Shown: positions 9,762-20,117, numbered from the whole stretch's first letter. The stretch is 59,754 nt of DNA, filler included, from 6 parts of 6 records of this genome joined end to end with filler, not necessarily neighbours in it; one strand, 5' to 3'. Notes: generated from the letters alone by a model not told the origin. Numbers and translations: made by a program.

Positions 9762-10919
9762 GTGAAGTTTAGGATTTGTGTAATTTTATTAATTGTCAGT
9801 TTATTTAATATAAAGGCTGGTGATTTGGAAGAGATGTATAAGGATCCTAAAACTCGTCAGTTGTCGTCTAAGGATTTTGTAGATAAGTACTCAAACTTTA
9901 AATGGCAGGGGACAAGTAAGCGTGTTGCTATCTCTAAAAAATCCTTTTTATTTGATCACAAGGTGCGCGAGTCAATTGCTTATTTTAGTTCACAAGGAAA
10001 ACTGACAAGGTTGGATGCGTGGCTCTATAATCGTGGGGATGACGGGAATTTATCGAAAGATGCTTTTGAATTGCGGTATGAGTCACTTTTGAAGGAGCTA
10101 TCTGCTTATTTTGGTACTAGGGCGCCTAAGAAATCAGGAATTGATGGTGTTACTAGGAGCACAGCATATGCCTTTCAGATGCAAAATAGGCATGAGGTTA
10201 AGTTACTTGTTGGTTTTGAAAAGAAACCTAAATATAGGGCTGATTTCTTAAATCTGGTTATTCGAAATTATGAAGATAAAGATAGAATAAGAAGCAGCTC
10301 AGCCCCAAAATTTATAACTAAAAGTGACAATGGTGATGTTTTGATTGGTCAAATACCTATGATTGATCAAGGCCCTAAAGGTTATTGTGTGCCAGCTACT
10401 TTGGCAAGAATAGGGCAGCATTTTGGCGTTGATGTAAGTATGCATGAAATTGCAATGCTGGCAGATAGTTCAAGTGGAGGCGGTACTTCAGTTCGTCAAG
10501 CACTTGAGTCCCTCAAAGATAAATATGCTCGCATGCGCCTGAAAATAAATGATTTGAGATTTAAGTTTCCACATAACGTATATAGAATTACTAGTCAAAA
10601 TCAAGCTAAGTCAATTTATAGTGGGCTTAAGGAGAAGGATAAAAATGTCAAAAAGTTTTTTGGTGTAGTTAAGAAGCAAATAGATAAAGGTTATATAGTT
10701 GCTTGGAGTATGGTAGTCGGTTTGTTGCCAGAAAATGGTAAGCCAGCTAGACAAGGGGGAGGAGGCCATATGCGCATGATTATTGGCTATAACGAAAAGA
10801 CCAATGAGCTTATTTTTTCTGATTCATGGGGTTATGGCCATGAAATTAAGCGGATTGATGCGGCAGCAGCGATGATTGTCTCTAGTGGAATTTATGATAT
10901 TCGCCCAGCATCACGTTAG
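9762..10919 (+). CDS. secreted protein with C39-like papain-fold peptidase domain
   Basis: N-terminal hydrophobic stretch; DQGPKGYCVP, GHMRMIIGYN, FSDSWG give Q/C/H/D; GTG start after GAGG. Confidence 0.65.
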   Translation: MKFRICVILLIVSLFNIKAGDLEEMYKDPKTRQLSSKDFVDKYSNFKWQGTSKRVAISKKSFLFDHKVRESIAYFSSQGKLTRLDAWLYNRGDDGNLSKDAFELRYESLLKELSAYFGTRAPKKSGIDGVTRSTAYAFQMQNRHEVKLLVGFEKKPKYRADFLNLVIRNYEDKDRIRSSSAPKFITKSDNGDVLIGQIPMIDQGPKGYCVPATLARIGQHFGVDVSMHEIAMLADSSSGGGTSVRQALESLKDKYARMRLKINDLRFKFPHNVYRITSQNQAKSIYSGLKEKDKNVKKFFGVVKKQIDKGYIVAWSMVVGLLPENGKPARQGGGGHMRMIIGYNEKTNELIFSDSWGYGHEIKRIDAAAAMIVSSGIYDIRPASR

Positions 10920-11843
10920 TTTATTTAAGATTTTATCTCTGGTTTGAAAATGACACTTGGCGACTTTTTCTAAAATACTCCCTCCATGTTGTTGGACGAG
11001 TTTGATGCCGGTATCAATAACTTTTTGTGAGGCTCCTTTGGGAAGATCAATTTGAACTTCCTTGCCGAGCTTTGAAAGGCGGTCGACAAATTCGGCTCTG
11101 GCAATAATAGAAGCTGCCGCCACGGCAATATCTGATTCCGCTTTAGTTCTCTGTATGAGTTCTACTTGTTTGCCTTTTTCCATAAGGGCCTTTGTGACAC
11201 TGCCGGTCTTACTGAATTGGTCAGAAATAGCTAAGGGACAATCGGGAACTTTAGTTAGAAGGTTCTCTAGAGAGCGAGCGTGGCCCCAGCCTAGCATACT
11301 GTTGAGATTTTTTTCTTTCTTGTAGAATCGATTATAGGCTTCTGGTCCAAGAGTGACCGTAGCATATTTACCGATGATAATTTTTTTAATCTCAGTCGAG
11401 AGCTGTAATATTTTTTTATCATTCTTAATGAGCTTTGAGTCTGTAACGCCAAGTTTAAAGAGAGCTTTGGCGGATCGAGCATCGGTATACGCACAGCATA
11501 TGACCAGTGGGCCAAAAAAATCACCTTTACCGCTTTCATCTATACCACAATGAGGTTCAAGCTGTTCTTTTTGTTCTGTCTCAAATAGGGCCTCTTCATA
11601 GCCGAATCTGGCTTCTTTGAGAATTTCAGGTTCAATGAAGAATTGTACCAGCTCCTTCGTACCTTTTCCTTGTGCACATATTTTGCCCGATTTATAGGCA
11701 GAGACATTGGTTTTATTGTGGCTGGCCTTCCAATGCGCATGAGCGAGATCGGAAAAGTCCCAGTTTTGTGACTTAAGGTATGCTTCAAGTTGCTTGATTT
11801 GCTCAAGGCTTAGCTTGTTGACATAGAGGTTGTCTGAAGACAT
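10911..11843 (-). CDS. rnhC: ribonuclease HIII
   Basis: N-terminal YKSGK..QGK domain, GIDESGKGDFFGPL, DSK, AVAAASIIAR. Confidence 0.92.
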   Translation of the reverse strand: MSSDNLYVNKLSLEQIKQLEAYLKSQNWDFSDLAHAHWKASHNKTNVSAYKSGKICAQGKGTKELVQFFIEPEILKEARFGYEEALFETEQKEQLEPHCGIDESGKGDFFGPLVICCAYTDARSAKALFKLGVTDSKLIKNDKKILQLSTEIKKIIIGKYATVTLGPEAYNRFYKKEKNLNSMLGWGHARSLENLLTKVPDCPLAISDQFSKTGSVTKALMEKGKQVELIQRTKAESDIAVAAASIIARAEFVDRLSKLGKEVQIDLPKGASQKVIDTGIKLVQQHGGSILEKVAKCHFQTRDKILNKLT

Positions 11844-12676
11844 TATGCGTCTAGGCCTTTGTTAAGGCGTTGTGAAAATTCAATGTATTGCTCAATTGAA
11901 AGGTTCTCAGCTCTAAGCCCTTCATCTAATTTCATTTCGCTATAGATGGTATTGACTAAGTCACCGTTGAACTGTTGATTGATGAGCTTTTTGGCTTTTT
12001 TGCGGCGTTGTGAAAAAGCTGCTCTTACAAGTTTATTGAGAATGCTTAGCGTCGGCCTATCAGGCATGCCTTCTTTTCTTTTCATGTGAATAAAAGCAGA
12101 ATCAACTTTTGGGGGGGGATGAAAAACTCCAGGAGGAACGATTCTAAGGATCTTACTTTCATACATAGCTCCAGCCCTAACAGTAAGTGAGCCGTATTTT
12201 TTGGTGTCTTTTTGGGCAGAGAATCGCTCGGCCATTTCTTTTTGAAGTAAAAAATACATTTCTGTTGGTGGTGTTACTAATTCTAGCATTTTCGCAATGA
12301 ATACACTGCTTATGGCGTAGGGTAGGTTGGCAATGCAGCGAAATTGTTCACCTTTATCAAAGATGTCGCTGTAGTTGACACGACATGCATCACCATAGAC
12401 TAAATTGAAATTTGGAAAGGTGACATTTTCACTTAAGTACTTGTGGAGCTTAGCATCTGTTTCGATAGATGTGAGTTGGCAACCGGCATCAATGATAATA
12501 CGCGTAAGGACACCTGCACCAGGGCCTACTTCAAGAATTCGTTCGCCTTCTTTTAGTTCAAGGCCTTTAACCATGGCGTTGAGCATGTTCTTATCGACGA
12601 GAAAGTTTTGACCTTTGGCCTTACTTGGTTGGATACCATATTCAATAAGGACTTTTATTAAGTCTTGCCGTCTCAC
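11843..12676 (-). CDS. rsmA: 16S rRNA m6,2A dimethyltransferase
   Basis: GQNFL, EVGPGAG, ANLPYAIS, PPPKVDS. Confidence 0.93.
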   Translation of the reverse strand: MRRQDLIKVLIEYGIQPSKAKGQNFLVDKNMLNAMVKGLELKEGERILEVGPGAGVLTRIIIDAGCQLTSIETDAKLHKYLSENVTFPNFNLVYGDACRVNYSDIFDKGEQFRCIANLPYAISSVFIAKMLELVTPPTEMYFLLQKEMAERFSAQKDTKKYGSLTVRAGAMYESKILRIVPPGVFHPPPKVDSAFIHMKRKEGMPDRPTLSILNKLVRAAFSQRRKKAKKLINQQFNGDLVNTIYSEMKLDEGLRAENLSIEQYIEFSQRLNKGLDA

Positions 12677-13632
12677 TGATTGTTGAAGTCCTCGATACTG
12701 GCCTTTTTTCGCAGGCCGGCGATGAATTCTGTATAATATTTTCTTTCTTGTTGATCTTCGAGGTAATTTTTAATTCTATCGCGTACTTCAATTAAGGGGC
12801 GGCTGTTTCCTCCTTTTTTGTCAAGAATTTTTATGTAGGCAATACTTTCACCAAAAAGTATTTGTTCAGAATGTTGACCAATTGTGAGTTCGTTGACGGC
12901 CTCTCTTAAGTTTTCATCGAGCTCACTAAGCTTTTTAAATCCCAGATCGCCGCCTTTTGGTGAGCCGGGCATTTCTGAATGAGCATCAGCTAGTGCAGCA
13001 AAGTCTTTACCTTCTTTAAGGGCAACGCCAATTTCTTTGACTTTGGAATCAAAGGCTTCTGGAGTTTTGTTGGCTTTAGTAATAAGTATGATAGCTCCTC
13101 GAACTTCGGCATTGGTAGCAAATTTATCCAAGTTTATATTGTAATAATTACTAATTTGCACTGGTGTAACACTGACTTTTCGTCTGACATTTTCGTTGAC
13201 CATTAATTCGATAGCGAGTGATTCCATGATTTGTTCGCGGTATTCCTCCATTGAGAGACCGCCTCTGTCGAGCATTTGCGCAAACTTTTGCTGATCTCCA
13301 CCAGTACGTTGGTCGATTTCTTTGGCCATTTCTTTGTCAATTAGAGCTTTTGGAACTTCATATTTTTTTGTTTTGAATTCATCGAGAATGATGACGTTAT
13401 TAATGAACTGATCAAGTGCACTCTTATTCAGTTCAGCAATTCGAGACTTGGCGACTTCAGGTGCATACCTCTTAATAATGCGGGCACGCGTGTCTTTAGT
13501 CATCTCATTAAGTTCAAAGGATGTGATGATCTTCCCATTAACTTTAGCAAGTATGCCATCGCTATAAATTATATCGTTTGCAAAGGTGGAGAAAGAGCTT
13601 ATTACCAAAATGTGAAATATATACTTATACAT
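12673..13632 (-). CDS. surA: SurA-like parvulin peptidyl-prolyl isomerase
   Basis: signal peptide, AKVNGKIIT, FAALADAHSE..GGDLG rotamase motif. Confidence 0.75.
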   Translation of the reverse strand: MYKYIFHILVISSFSTFANDIIYSDGILAKVNGKIITSFELNEMTKDTRARIIKRYAPEVAKSRIAELNKSALDQFINNVIILDEFKTKKYEVPKALIDKEMAKEIDQRTGGDQQKFAQMLDRGGLSMEEYREQIMESLAIELMVNENVRRKVSVTPVQISNYYNINLDKFATNAEVRGAIILITKANKTPEAFDSKVKEIGVALKEGKDFAALADAHSEMPGSPKGGDLGFKKLSELDENLREAVNELTIGQHSEQILFGESIAYIKILDKKGGNSRPLIEVRDRIKNYLEDQQERKYYTEFIAGLRKKASIEDFNNQ

Positions 13633-13753
13633 ATATGAAATTATCCAATGTGATTTATTATAGTGGCCCCTTTAAGAAGGTGCTGTTTAGCCGGTAACTT
13701 ACATAGTATTCGCTAAATGTGTATTGCCCTTGGAAATAAAAAAGAGAAAAAAA

Positions 13754-14500
13754 ATGAAATCTCATTGGACAATTTTAGCATGTTTCGCTACCTTATGTGC
13801 TCTGTGTTTGAGCACGGTTGTATTGCTGGCTATTTTTAAGAGTTGTAACCCCCTTGTTAATCAAGGACTTATGGCGCAAGAAAACGACAGTGAAGAGACT
13901 GTAGCAGATTTACGGGTTAAGCTTTATGAGAACAAAATTCAGCTTAAGAAAACTCAAAAAGAGTTAAAAGAGCAAAAATTAAAGCTCACAGAAACTCTTG
14001 TTCTGCTCAAAGCACATGAGATGAAAGTCGCTGAGATAATCAGTGGCGAAAAGGATGGAGCCCGAATAAATGAGGCCCTGTTAAATGACTTGAAAGGTCT
14101 ACAGGTTAAATCGATTCAGGCTTCGAAGCAATTCGAAGAGTTAGTGACATATGTCAATGATTCTTTTAAGTTGCTCAAAGCTGAGAACGCTGTAGAGCGA
14201 GAATTCAAAGCTAAAGCTGCTTTGCTTAGAGAAAGAATTGCGGTTATGCTGTCTGCGGGAAATCTGCAGAATCGCAGATCCGGGATGGTTTTAGACATAA
14301 ATAGGAAACTAGATGTCGTGGCCATAGATCTTGGATATGGTGATGGTGTAACTCAAAACTCTGAGTGGCAGGTAATTGAAGATGATCGAAAGATCGCTTT
14401 GTTAAAAATTGTACAGGTTAGAAGGTCCTTAAGTATAGGTGTTCTAACTGAAGGTAAGTTGCAGGATGTGCTTCAGGGTGCAACTGTCGAGAAAAAATAA
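13754..14500 (+). CDS. hypothetical membrane-anchored coiled-coil protein with C-terminal beta domain
   Basis: N-terminal TM segment, heptad-rich middle, VAIDLGYGDGV beta-rich tail. Confidence 0.65.
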   Translation: MKSHWTILACFATLCALCLSTVVLLAIFKSCNPLVNQGLMAQENDSEETVADLRVKLYENKIQLKKTQKELKEQKLKLTETLVLLKAHEMKVAEIISGEKDGARINEALLNDLKGLQVKSIQASKQFEELVTYVNDSFKLLKAENAVEREFKAKAALLRERIAVMLSAGNLQNRRSGMVLDINRKLDVVAIDLGYGDGVTQNSEWQVIEDDRKIALLKIVQVRRSLSIGVLTEGKLQDVLQGATVEKK

Positions 14501-14525
14501 GATTGCTAAATAAGAGACAGAGATC

Positions 14526-14858
14526 ATGGAAGCAACAGCAAAAACTAAATTTGCTAGGATGTCACCTTTTAAGGCTCGCGAAGTAACGCGCCTTATCCAA
14601 GGTAAGTCTTATAGTGAAGCTTTAAGTTTGGTAACTTTTGCTAATAAAAAAGCTGCCACAATTATAAAGAAGACATTAGAAGCAGCAAAAGCAAATGCTG
14701 TAAATAACCACCGCGCCAGTGACGAACTATTCGTTAAGCTGGCCGTTATCGGTGAAGGTCCGACTATGAAGCGCTTTAAGCCTAAAGCACGCGGAATGGC
14801 GGGTCGAATCAATAAACGTACCAGTCACGTCACGATTACGTTGACGGACGAAGTTTAA
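14526..14858 (+). CDS. rplV: 50S ribosomal protein L22
   Basis: GPTMKRFKPKARG..KRTSH. Confidence 0.97.
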   Translation: MEATAKTKFARMSPFKAREVTRLIQGKSYSEALSLVTFANKKAATIIKKTLEAAKANAVNNHRASDELFVKLAVIGEGPTMKRFKPKARGMAGRINKRTSHVTITLTDEV

Positions 14859-14873
14859 AATAAGGAGTGCCCG

Positions 14874-15572
14874 GTGGGTCAAAAAGTTAATCCAACTGGT
14901 TTGAGAATTGGTATTACGAAAGATTGGCGTTCGCGTTGGTTTGCTCGTAAGTCTGATTTTGGAACTAAGCTGCACGAAGATCTTAAGATACGCGAAGTTA
15001 TTACAAAGCGTCTTAAGGAAGCAGCAATCTCCAGAGTAAATATTGAAAGATTCGCGAACCGTATTCGCGTTGCTGTTTTTTCTGCAAGACCAGGTTTAGT
15101 TATCGGTCGTAAAGGTGCAGAAATTGAAGCGTTAAAAACAATTCTTTCAAAGCTTACTGGTGGTAAAGAAATTTTTGTAGAAATTGTAGAAGTTAAGAGT
15201 CCTGAAGTAGACGCTACTCTTGTTGCACAGAGTATTGCACGTCAGTTAGAAAGACGTGTGTCGTTCAGAAGAGCCATGAAGAAATCTATACAGACAGCCA
15301 TGGATCTTGGCGCTGATGGTATCCGCGTTAAATGCGGTGGTCGTCTCGGCGGTGCTGAACTTGCAAGAACAGAAAGCTATAGTCAAGGGCGAGTACCCTT
15401 ACAGACACTCAGTGAAAACATCGACTATGGATTCGAAGAGGCCAATACACTTACAGGTATTACTGGTGTAAAGGTCTGGATATGTAAATCTAAAAATCTG
15501 GAGCAGAAAAATGGCCCTTCTTCCAAAACGGGTAAAGTACAGAAAGGTTCAAAGAGGAAATTTCGCGGGTAA
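14874..15572 (+). CDS. rpsC: 30S ribosomal protein S3
   Basis: [25 protein letters not shown]. Confidence 0.97.
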   Translation: MGQKVNPTGLRIGITKDWRSRWFARKSDFGTKLHEDLKIREVITKRLKEAAISRVNIERFANRIRVAVFSARPGLVIGRKGAEIEALKTILSKLTGGKEIFVEIVEVKSPEVDATLVAQSIARQLERRVSFRRAMKKSIQTAMDLGADGIRVKCGGRLGGAELARTESYSQGRVPLQTLSENIDYGFEEANTLTGITGVKVWICKSKNLEQKNGPSSKTGKVQKGSKRKFRG

Positions 15573-15930
15573 CGCGACCTCTTGTAACAAGCTCGATTTC
15601 GGTGATTTCGGCTTGCAGTGTTTGGACCGTGGTTGGATAACTGACCGTCAACTAGAAGCTTGTCGTGTTGCTATCAACAGACATACAAAAAGACGCGCTA
15701 AGATCTGGATCAGAGTTTTCCCAGACAAGCCAGTCTCAAAGAAGCCTCTAGAAACACGTATGGGTAAAGGTAAAGGCGGACCAGATCACTGGGTCGCAGT
15801 TGTACGCCCAGGAACAGTAATGTTTGAGATTAGTGGTTGTAGCCGCAATCTTGCAAGAGAAGCAATGTACCTTGCTGCCAATAAACTTGGTATCAAAACT
15901 CGCTTCCTAGCAAAAGAGGATGAACTCTAA
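15511..15930 (+). CDS. rplP: 50S ribosomal protein L16
   Basis: [17 protein letters not shown]. Confidence 0.97.
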   Translation: MALLPKRVKYRKVQRGNFAGNATSCNKLDFGDFGLQCLDRGWITDRQLEACRVAINRHTKRRAKIWIRVFPDKPVSKKPLETRMGKGKGGPDHWVAVVRPGTVMFEISGCSRNLAREAMYLAANKLGIKTRFLAKEDEL

Positions 15931-16122
15931 ATGAAAGCTGCAGAAATTAGAAACTTGACCGACGAAGAATTGAACAAGTTGATTCTTGACAACAAGAGTG
16001 AATTACTCAAGTTGAGAATCCAAGGTAAAACCGGTCAGTTAGAAAACAGCGCTCGCATCGGTCATCTTAAAAAAGATATCGCAAGAGCTAAGACTGAAAT
16101 TACAGCGCGCGTTAAAGCATAA
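15931..16122 (+). CDS. rpmC: 50S ribosomal protein L29
   Basis: [16 protein letters not shown]; synteny. Confidence 0.93.
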   Translation: MKAAEIRNLTDEELNKLILDNKSELLKLRIQGKTGQLENSARIGHLKKDIARAKTEITARVKA

Positions 16123-16132
16123 GGTTTTGAAA

Positions 16133-16408
16133 ATGGCTGAAACAAAAGAAACGTCTGAGAGAGGCTTACGTAAAGAACGCGTAGGTGTTGTCTCCAGTAA
16201 CAAAATGGATAAGACCATTGTTGTGACTGTTGACCGCTTGGCCAGACACAAAAGATATAAGAAAGTAATTAAGATCTCTAAAAAGTACTACGCACATGAT
16301 GAAAATAATGTTGCTAACGTAGGTGACGAGGTCAGAATTGCTGAAACTAGACCAACCAGTAAGCTTAAGCGCTGGCGTTTAGTTGAAGTTCAAAAAGTAG
16401 CTGAGTAA
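16133..16408 (+). CDS. rpsQ: 30S ribosomal protein S17
   Basis: [22 protein letters not shown]. Confidence 0.96.
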   Translation: MAETKETSERGLRKERVGVVSSNKMDKTIVVTVDRLARHKRYKKVIKISKKYYAHDENNVANVGDEVRIAETRPTSKLKRWRLVEVQKVAE

Positions 16409-16419
16409 GGAGTCACTGT

Positions 16420-16785
16420 ATGATTCAGATGCAATCTAGTCTTGAAGTGGCCGACAACACAGGCGCTAAAAGAATTGTCGCAATTACAGTTCTTGGACAA
16501 AGACGTAAATATGCCTATGTAGGCGATGTGATCACAGCTACTGTGAAAGAAGCGTCACCTCGTGGTGTTATTAAGAAAGGTGAAGTAGTAAAAGCTGTTG
16601 TTGTTAGAACACGTCACAAGATCCGTCGCGCAGATGGTTCTTACCTGTCGTTTGATAAAAATGCTGCAGTTATTATCAACCCACAAAATGATCCGCGTGG
16701 TACCCGTATTTTTGGACCTATCGCTCGTGAACTCAGAGATAAGAGTTTTATGAAGATCATTTCTCTCGCTCCGGAGGTCCTATAA
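16420..16785 (+). CDS. rplN: 50S ribosomal protein L14
   Basis: [22 protein letters not shown]. Confidence 0.97.
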   Translation: MIQMQSSLEVADNTGAKRIVAITVLGQRRKYAYVGDVITATVKEASPRGVIKKGEVVKAVVVRTRHKIRRADGSYLSFDKNAAVIINPQNDPRGTRIFGPIARELRDKSFMKIISLAPEVL

Positions 16786-17039
16786 TGGCTAAGGCAAGTA
16801 TAAAAGTCGGTACTGAAGTTGTTGTTATCGCTGGGTCTGAAAAGACTAAGTCTGGTAAAATTACTTCTTTGGATCGCAATAAAAATACTGTAACTGTCGA
16901 AGGTGTAAACATTCGCAAGAAAGCAGTTAAGCCATCCGGTGAAAATGAAGGCGGAATCGTTGAGTTTGAAGGTCCAATCCAGATCTCTAACGTTATGCCT
17001 AAAGAAAGATATGACAGCCGCAAGGCTGCTAAAGCTTAA
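16785..17039 (+). CDS. rplX: 50S ribosomal protein L24 (short)
   Basis: VVVIAG KOW motif, VEGVN, ISNVM. Confidence 0.93.
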   Translation: MAKASIKVGTEVVVIAGSEKTKSGKITSLDRNKNTVTVEGVNIRKKAVKPSGENEGGIVEFEGPIQISNVMPKERYDSRKAAKA

Positions 17040-17054
17040 TCAGGGATTATTAAA

Positions 17055-17594
17055 ATGGTATTGTCATTACAAGAGACATACAAAAACGAAATTGTTGACG
17101 AAATGATGAAACGTTTCGGCTACAAAAACGTAAATATGGTCCCGAAGCTGCAAAAAATCATTCTTAATAGCGGTATTAGCACTAGCAGAGAAAGAGATGT
17201 TCTTACTGAAGCTTTGAAGACTTTAAGTACAATTTCAGGTCAAAAAGCTATTGCTACTAAAGCTCGTAAATCTTGCGCTGGTTTCAAAATCAGAGAAGGC
17301 CAAGATATCGGTGCTAAAGTAACTCTTAGAAATAACATGATGTATGACTTCATGACGCGTTTGATTCACAACGCACTTCCTCGAGTTAGAGACTTCCGTG
17401 GTATTAAGAATAGTGGTTTTGATGGCTTCGGTAACTACACAATGGGTGTCGGTGATCAGTCAATCTTCACAGAACTTGATCTAGACAAAATCAAATATCA
17501 AATTGGTATGAACATTTCTTTCGTGACGTCTGCAAAGACTGATGAAGAAGGCAGAGCCCTTCTAGAATTGTTCGGTATGCCATTTGCTAAGTAA
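17055..17594 (+). CDS. rplE: 50S ribosomal protein L5
   Basis: GFKIREG, LPRVRDFRG, GMPF. Confidence 0.97.
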   Translation: MVLSLQETYKNEIVDEMMKRFGYKNVNMVPKLQKIILNSGISTSRERDVLTEALKTLSTISGQKAIATKARKSCAGFKIREGQDIGAKVTLRNNMMYDFMTRLIHNALPRVRDFRGIKNSGFDGFGNYTMGVGDQSIFTELDLDKIKYQIGMNISFVTSAKTDEEGRALLELFGMPFAK

Positions 17595-17609
17595 CGGAGA
17601 TCAGGGTAA

Positions 17610-17795
17610 ATGGCTAAGAAAGCATTAATCGAAAAGTCAAAGCGTACACCAAAGTTCTCAGCGCGTGCATATCACCGCTGTCAAAAATGTGGACGTTCAA
17701 GAGCGTATATTCGCAAATTTCAGCTATGCCGTCTCTGTTTTAGAGAGCTTGCCTCAAATGGTATGATCCCTGGGGTCATGAAGGCTAGCTGGTAA
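17610..17795 (+). CDS. rpsN: 30S ribosomal protein S14, Zn-binding type
   Basis: 61 aa, [17 protein letters not shown]. Confidence 0.96.
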   Translation: MAKKALIEKSKRTPKFSARAYHRCQKCGRSRAYIRKFQLCRLCFRELASNGMIPGVMKASW

Positions 17796-17821
17796 TAATA
17801 AATTAGGATTATAAGAAAAAT

Positions 17822-18214
17822 ATGAATGACCCAATTGCAGACTTTCTTACAAGAGTAAGAAACGCAGGACAGGCAAAACATACTGTTCTTAACATGCCTT
17901 CTTCAAAGGCAAAAGTAGAAGTTAGTCGTATTCTCCAGAAAGAAGGCTACATCGAAAGCTTTGAAGTCGTAGACGCGGGCAATAACAAAAAAGAACTAAA
18001 AGTCACTCTGAAATACTACAATGGCAAGCATGTCATTGATGGTGCTACAAGAATGAGTAAAGGTTCATGCCGTATTTACGTTCAAGTTGACGAGATCCCT
18101 AGTGTCAAAGGTGGATTAGGTATATCTATCATGACGACATCTAAAGGATATATGACTGGTAAAGAAGCTCGCACCAAGAAAATTGGTGGCGAAATTATCT
18201 GTAAAGTCTGGTAG
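17822..18214 (+). CDS. rpsH: 30S ribosomal protein S8
   Basis: DPIADFLTRVRNA, GGEIIC. Confidence 0.97.
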   Translation: MNDPIADFLTRVRNAGQAKHTVLNMPSSKAKVEVSRILQKEGYIESFEVVDAGNNKKELKVTLKYYNGKHVIDGATRMSKGSCRIYVQVDEIPSVKGGLGISIMTTSKGYMTGKEARTKKIGGEIICKVW

Positions 18215-18228
18215 AAGAGGATTCTAAT

Positions 18229-18777
18229 ATGTCAAGAATTGGAAATCAATCCATCCCAGTTAATGCCGGTGTTGAAGTTAAGATTTCAGGTAATGAAGTT
18301 TCAGTGAAAGGACCTAAGGGTGCTTTGAAGTATAACTGGAACGTAAATACAGTAGATGTGAAATTTGATGCAGAAGCTAAAGAAGTAGTTGTCACAAGAG
18401 TTGATGACTCCAGACCAGCTAAAGCTCAACACGGTTTGACTAGAAGTCTTATCTCAAATATGATTGTTGGTTGTGCCAACAGTTGGAGTAAAGATCTAGA
18501 AATTCGCGGTACTGGTTATAGAGGTGCTGTTCAAGGAAAGAAACTTAACTTGAACCTTGGTTATTCTCACCCAATTAACTACGATATTCCGGAAGGCATT
18601 ACTATTACAATGCCAGAAAATACTAAAATTAGTATTGTCGGTGCAGACAAACAGCTTGTCGGTCAAGTTGCTGCAGACATTCGCTTCTTCAGAACTCCTG
18701 AGCCATACAAAGGCAAAGGCGTACGCTATGTCGGAGAGCATGTAGCGCTGAAAGAAGGCAAGAGTGCGGGTAAATAA
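18229..18777 (+). CDS. rplF: 50S ribosomal protein L6
   Basis: MSRIG, LGYSHP, PEPYKGKG. Confidence 0.97.
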   Translation: MSRIGNQSIPVNAGVEVKISGNEVSVKGPKGALKYNWNVNTVDVKFDAEAKEVVVTRVDDSRPAKAQHGLTRSLISNMIVGCANSWSKDLEIRGTGYRGAVQGKKLNLNLGYSHPINYDIPEGITITMPENTKISIVGADKQLVGQVAADIRFFRTPEPYKGKGVRYVGEHVALKEGKSAGK

Positions 18778-18801
18778 CAAGTTTTAAAGTGAGTTTTAAT
18801 A

Positions 18802-19158
18802 ATGCTTAAATCAGATAAAGCGCGAAAGAGACAGCGTCGCCGCTGGCACATTCGCAAAAAAGTTTCTGGCACTGCAGCGATTCCTCGCTTGAGTGTCTTT
18901 AAATCACTGAGTCATATGTATGCTCAGTTGATTGACGATGAAACAGGTAAAACATTAGTTTCAGCATCTACAGTTTTGAAAGAGGTTGAAGGTAAATCTT
19001 CAACTGTTGAAGGCGCAGCTGCTGTTGGTAAATTGGTCGCAGAGAGAGCTCTTGAAGCCGGCATTAAAAAAGTCGTTTTCGATCGCGGTGGATTTAAATT
19101 CCACGGTCGCGTTAAGAGTTTAGCTGAAGCTGCCAGAGAATCTGGATTGCAATTCTAG
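18802..19158 (+). CDS. rplR: 50S ribosomal protein L18
   Basis: [18 protein letters not shown]. Confidence 0.97.
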   Translation: MLKSDKARKRQRRRWHIRKKVSGTAAIPRLSVFKSLSHMYAQLIDDETGKTLVSASTVLKEVEGKSSTVEGAAAVGKLVAERALEAGIKKVVFDRGGFKFHGRVKSLAEAARESGLQF

Positions 19159-19167
19159 GAGATAATA

Positions 19168-19656
19168 ATGGCTGAAACTAAAGAAGTAAAAGACGAGTTT
19201 GAAGAAAGAGTGGTTACTATTAACCGCTGTAGTAAAGTATTAAAAGGTGGACGTAAGTTCAGCTTTAGTGCTTTAGTCGTAACGGGAAATCACAAAGGTA
19301 CTGTTGGTGTTGGCTTCGGTAAAGCAAATGAAGTATCAGATGCTATCCGCAAGGCTTCTAACGCAGCAAAAACAAATACCTTTAAGGTTCCTCTCCATGG
19401 TCAAACTATTCCACATGACATTATTTCTCGTCATGGCGGTGCTAAGATCCTAATTAAACCAGCTTCGCCTGGTACAGGTCTTATTGCCGGTGGTGCTATG
19501 CGTGCCCTTTTGGAATTGGCTGGTGTTCGTGATGTTCTGGCAAAATCAATGGGTTCTAGTAACGCATTGAACGTTGTTAGAGCTACTCAGAGTGCTTTGC
19601 AGGACCTACAGAGTCGCGATACAATTTTAATTAAGCGTGGCCTTAAAAAGGCTTAA
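19168..19656 (+). CDS. rpsE: 30S ribosomal protein S5
   Basis: KGGRKFSF, GTGLIAGG. Confidence 0.97.
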   Translation: MAETKEVKDEFEERVVTINRCSKVLKGGRKFSFSALVVTGNHKGTVGVGFGKANEVSDAIRKASNAAKTNTFKVPLHGQTIPHDIISRHGGAKILIKPASPGTGLIAGGAMRALLELAGVRDVLAKSMGSSNALNVVRATQSALQDLQSRDTILIKRGLKKA

Positions 19657-19670
19657 TCCGGAGATTTTCA

Positions 19671-20117
19671 ATGAAACTTCAGAGTTTAAATAACCCTAGA
19701 GGCAGTAAGAAGCGCAAGCGCGTTGGTCGTGGCGATTCTTCCGGTTTAGGCCGTACTTGTGGTCGTGGAGAAAAAGGTCAGAAGTCTAGATCTGGTTCTA
19801 CAATCAGACCTCACTTTGAGGGTGGACAGATGCCACTTTTCCGTCGCTTACCCCATATTCGTGGTTTTAAAGCGCGTAATCACAAAAACTGGACTTGTGT
19901 AAATGTCAGCACACTAGAAGCAGCTTTCGAAGCTGGTGCGAACATTGATGCACAGGCATTAATCGAGAAAAAGATTATTTCCAGTGTTGATCATGGCATC
20001 AAAATCCTGGCTAAAGGTGACATCACTAAAGCCCTAAATATTAAAGCCGATGCATTTTCTAAAACAGCTCAGTCAAAGATTGAAGCTGCTGGCGGAAAAT
20101 GTGAAGTAGCACAATAA
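19671..20117 (+). CDS. rplO: 50S ribosomal protein L15
   Basis: RVGRG, KGQKSRSG, FEGGQMPL. Confidence 0.97.
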   Translation: MKLQSLNNPRGSKKRKRVGRGDSSGLGRTCGRGEKGQKSRSGSTIRPHFEGGQMPLFRRLPHIRGFKARNHKNWTCVNVSTLEAAFEAGANIDAQALIEKKIISSVDHGIKILAKGDITKALNIKADAFSKTAQSKIEAAGGKCEVAQ

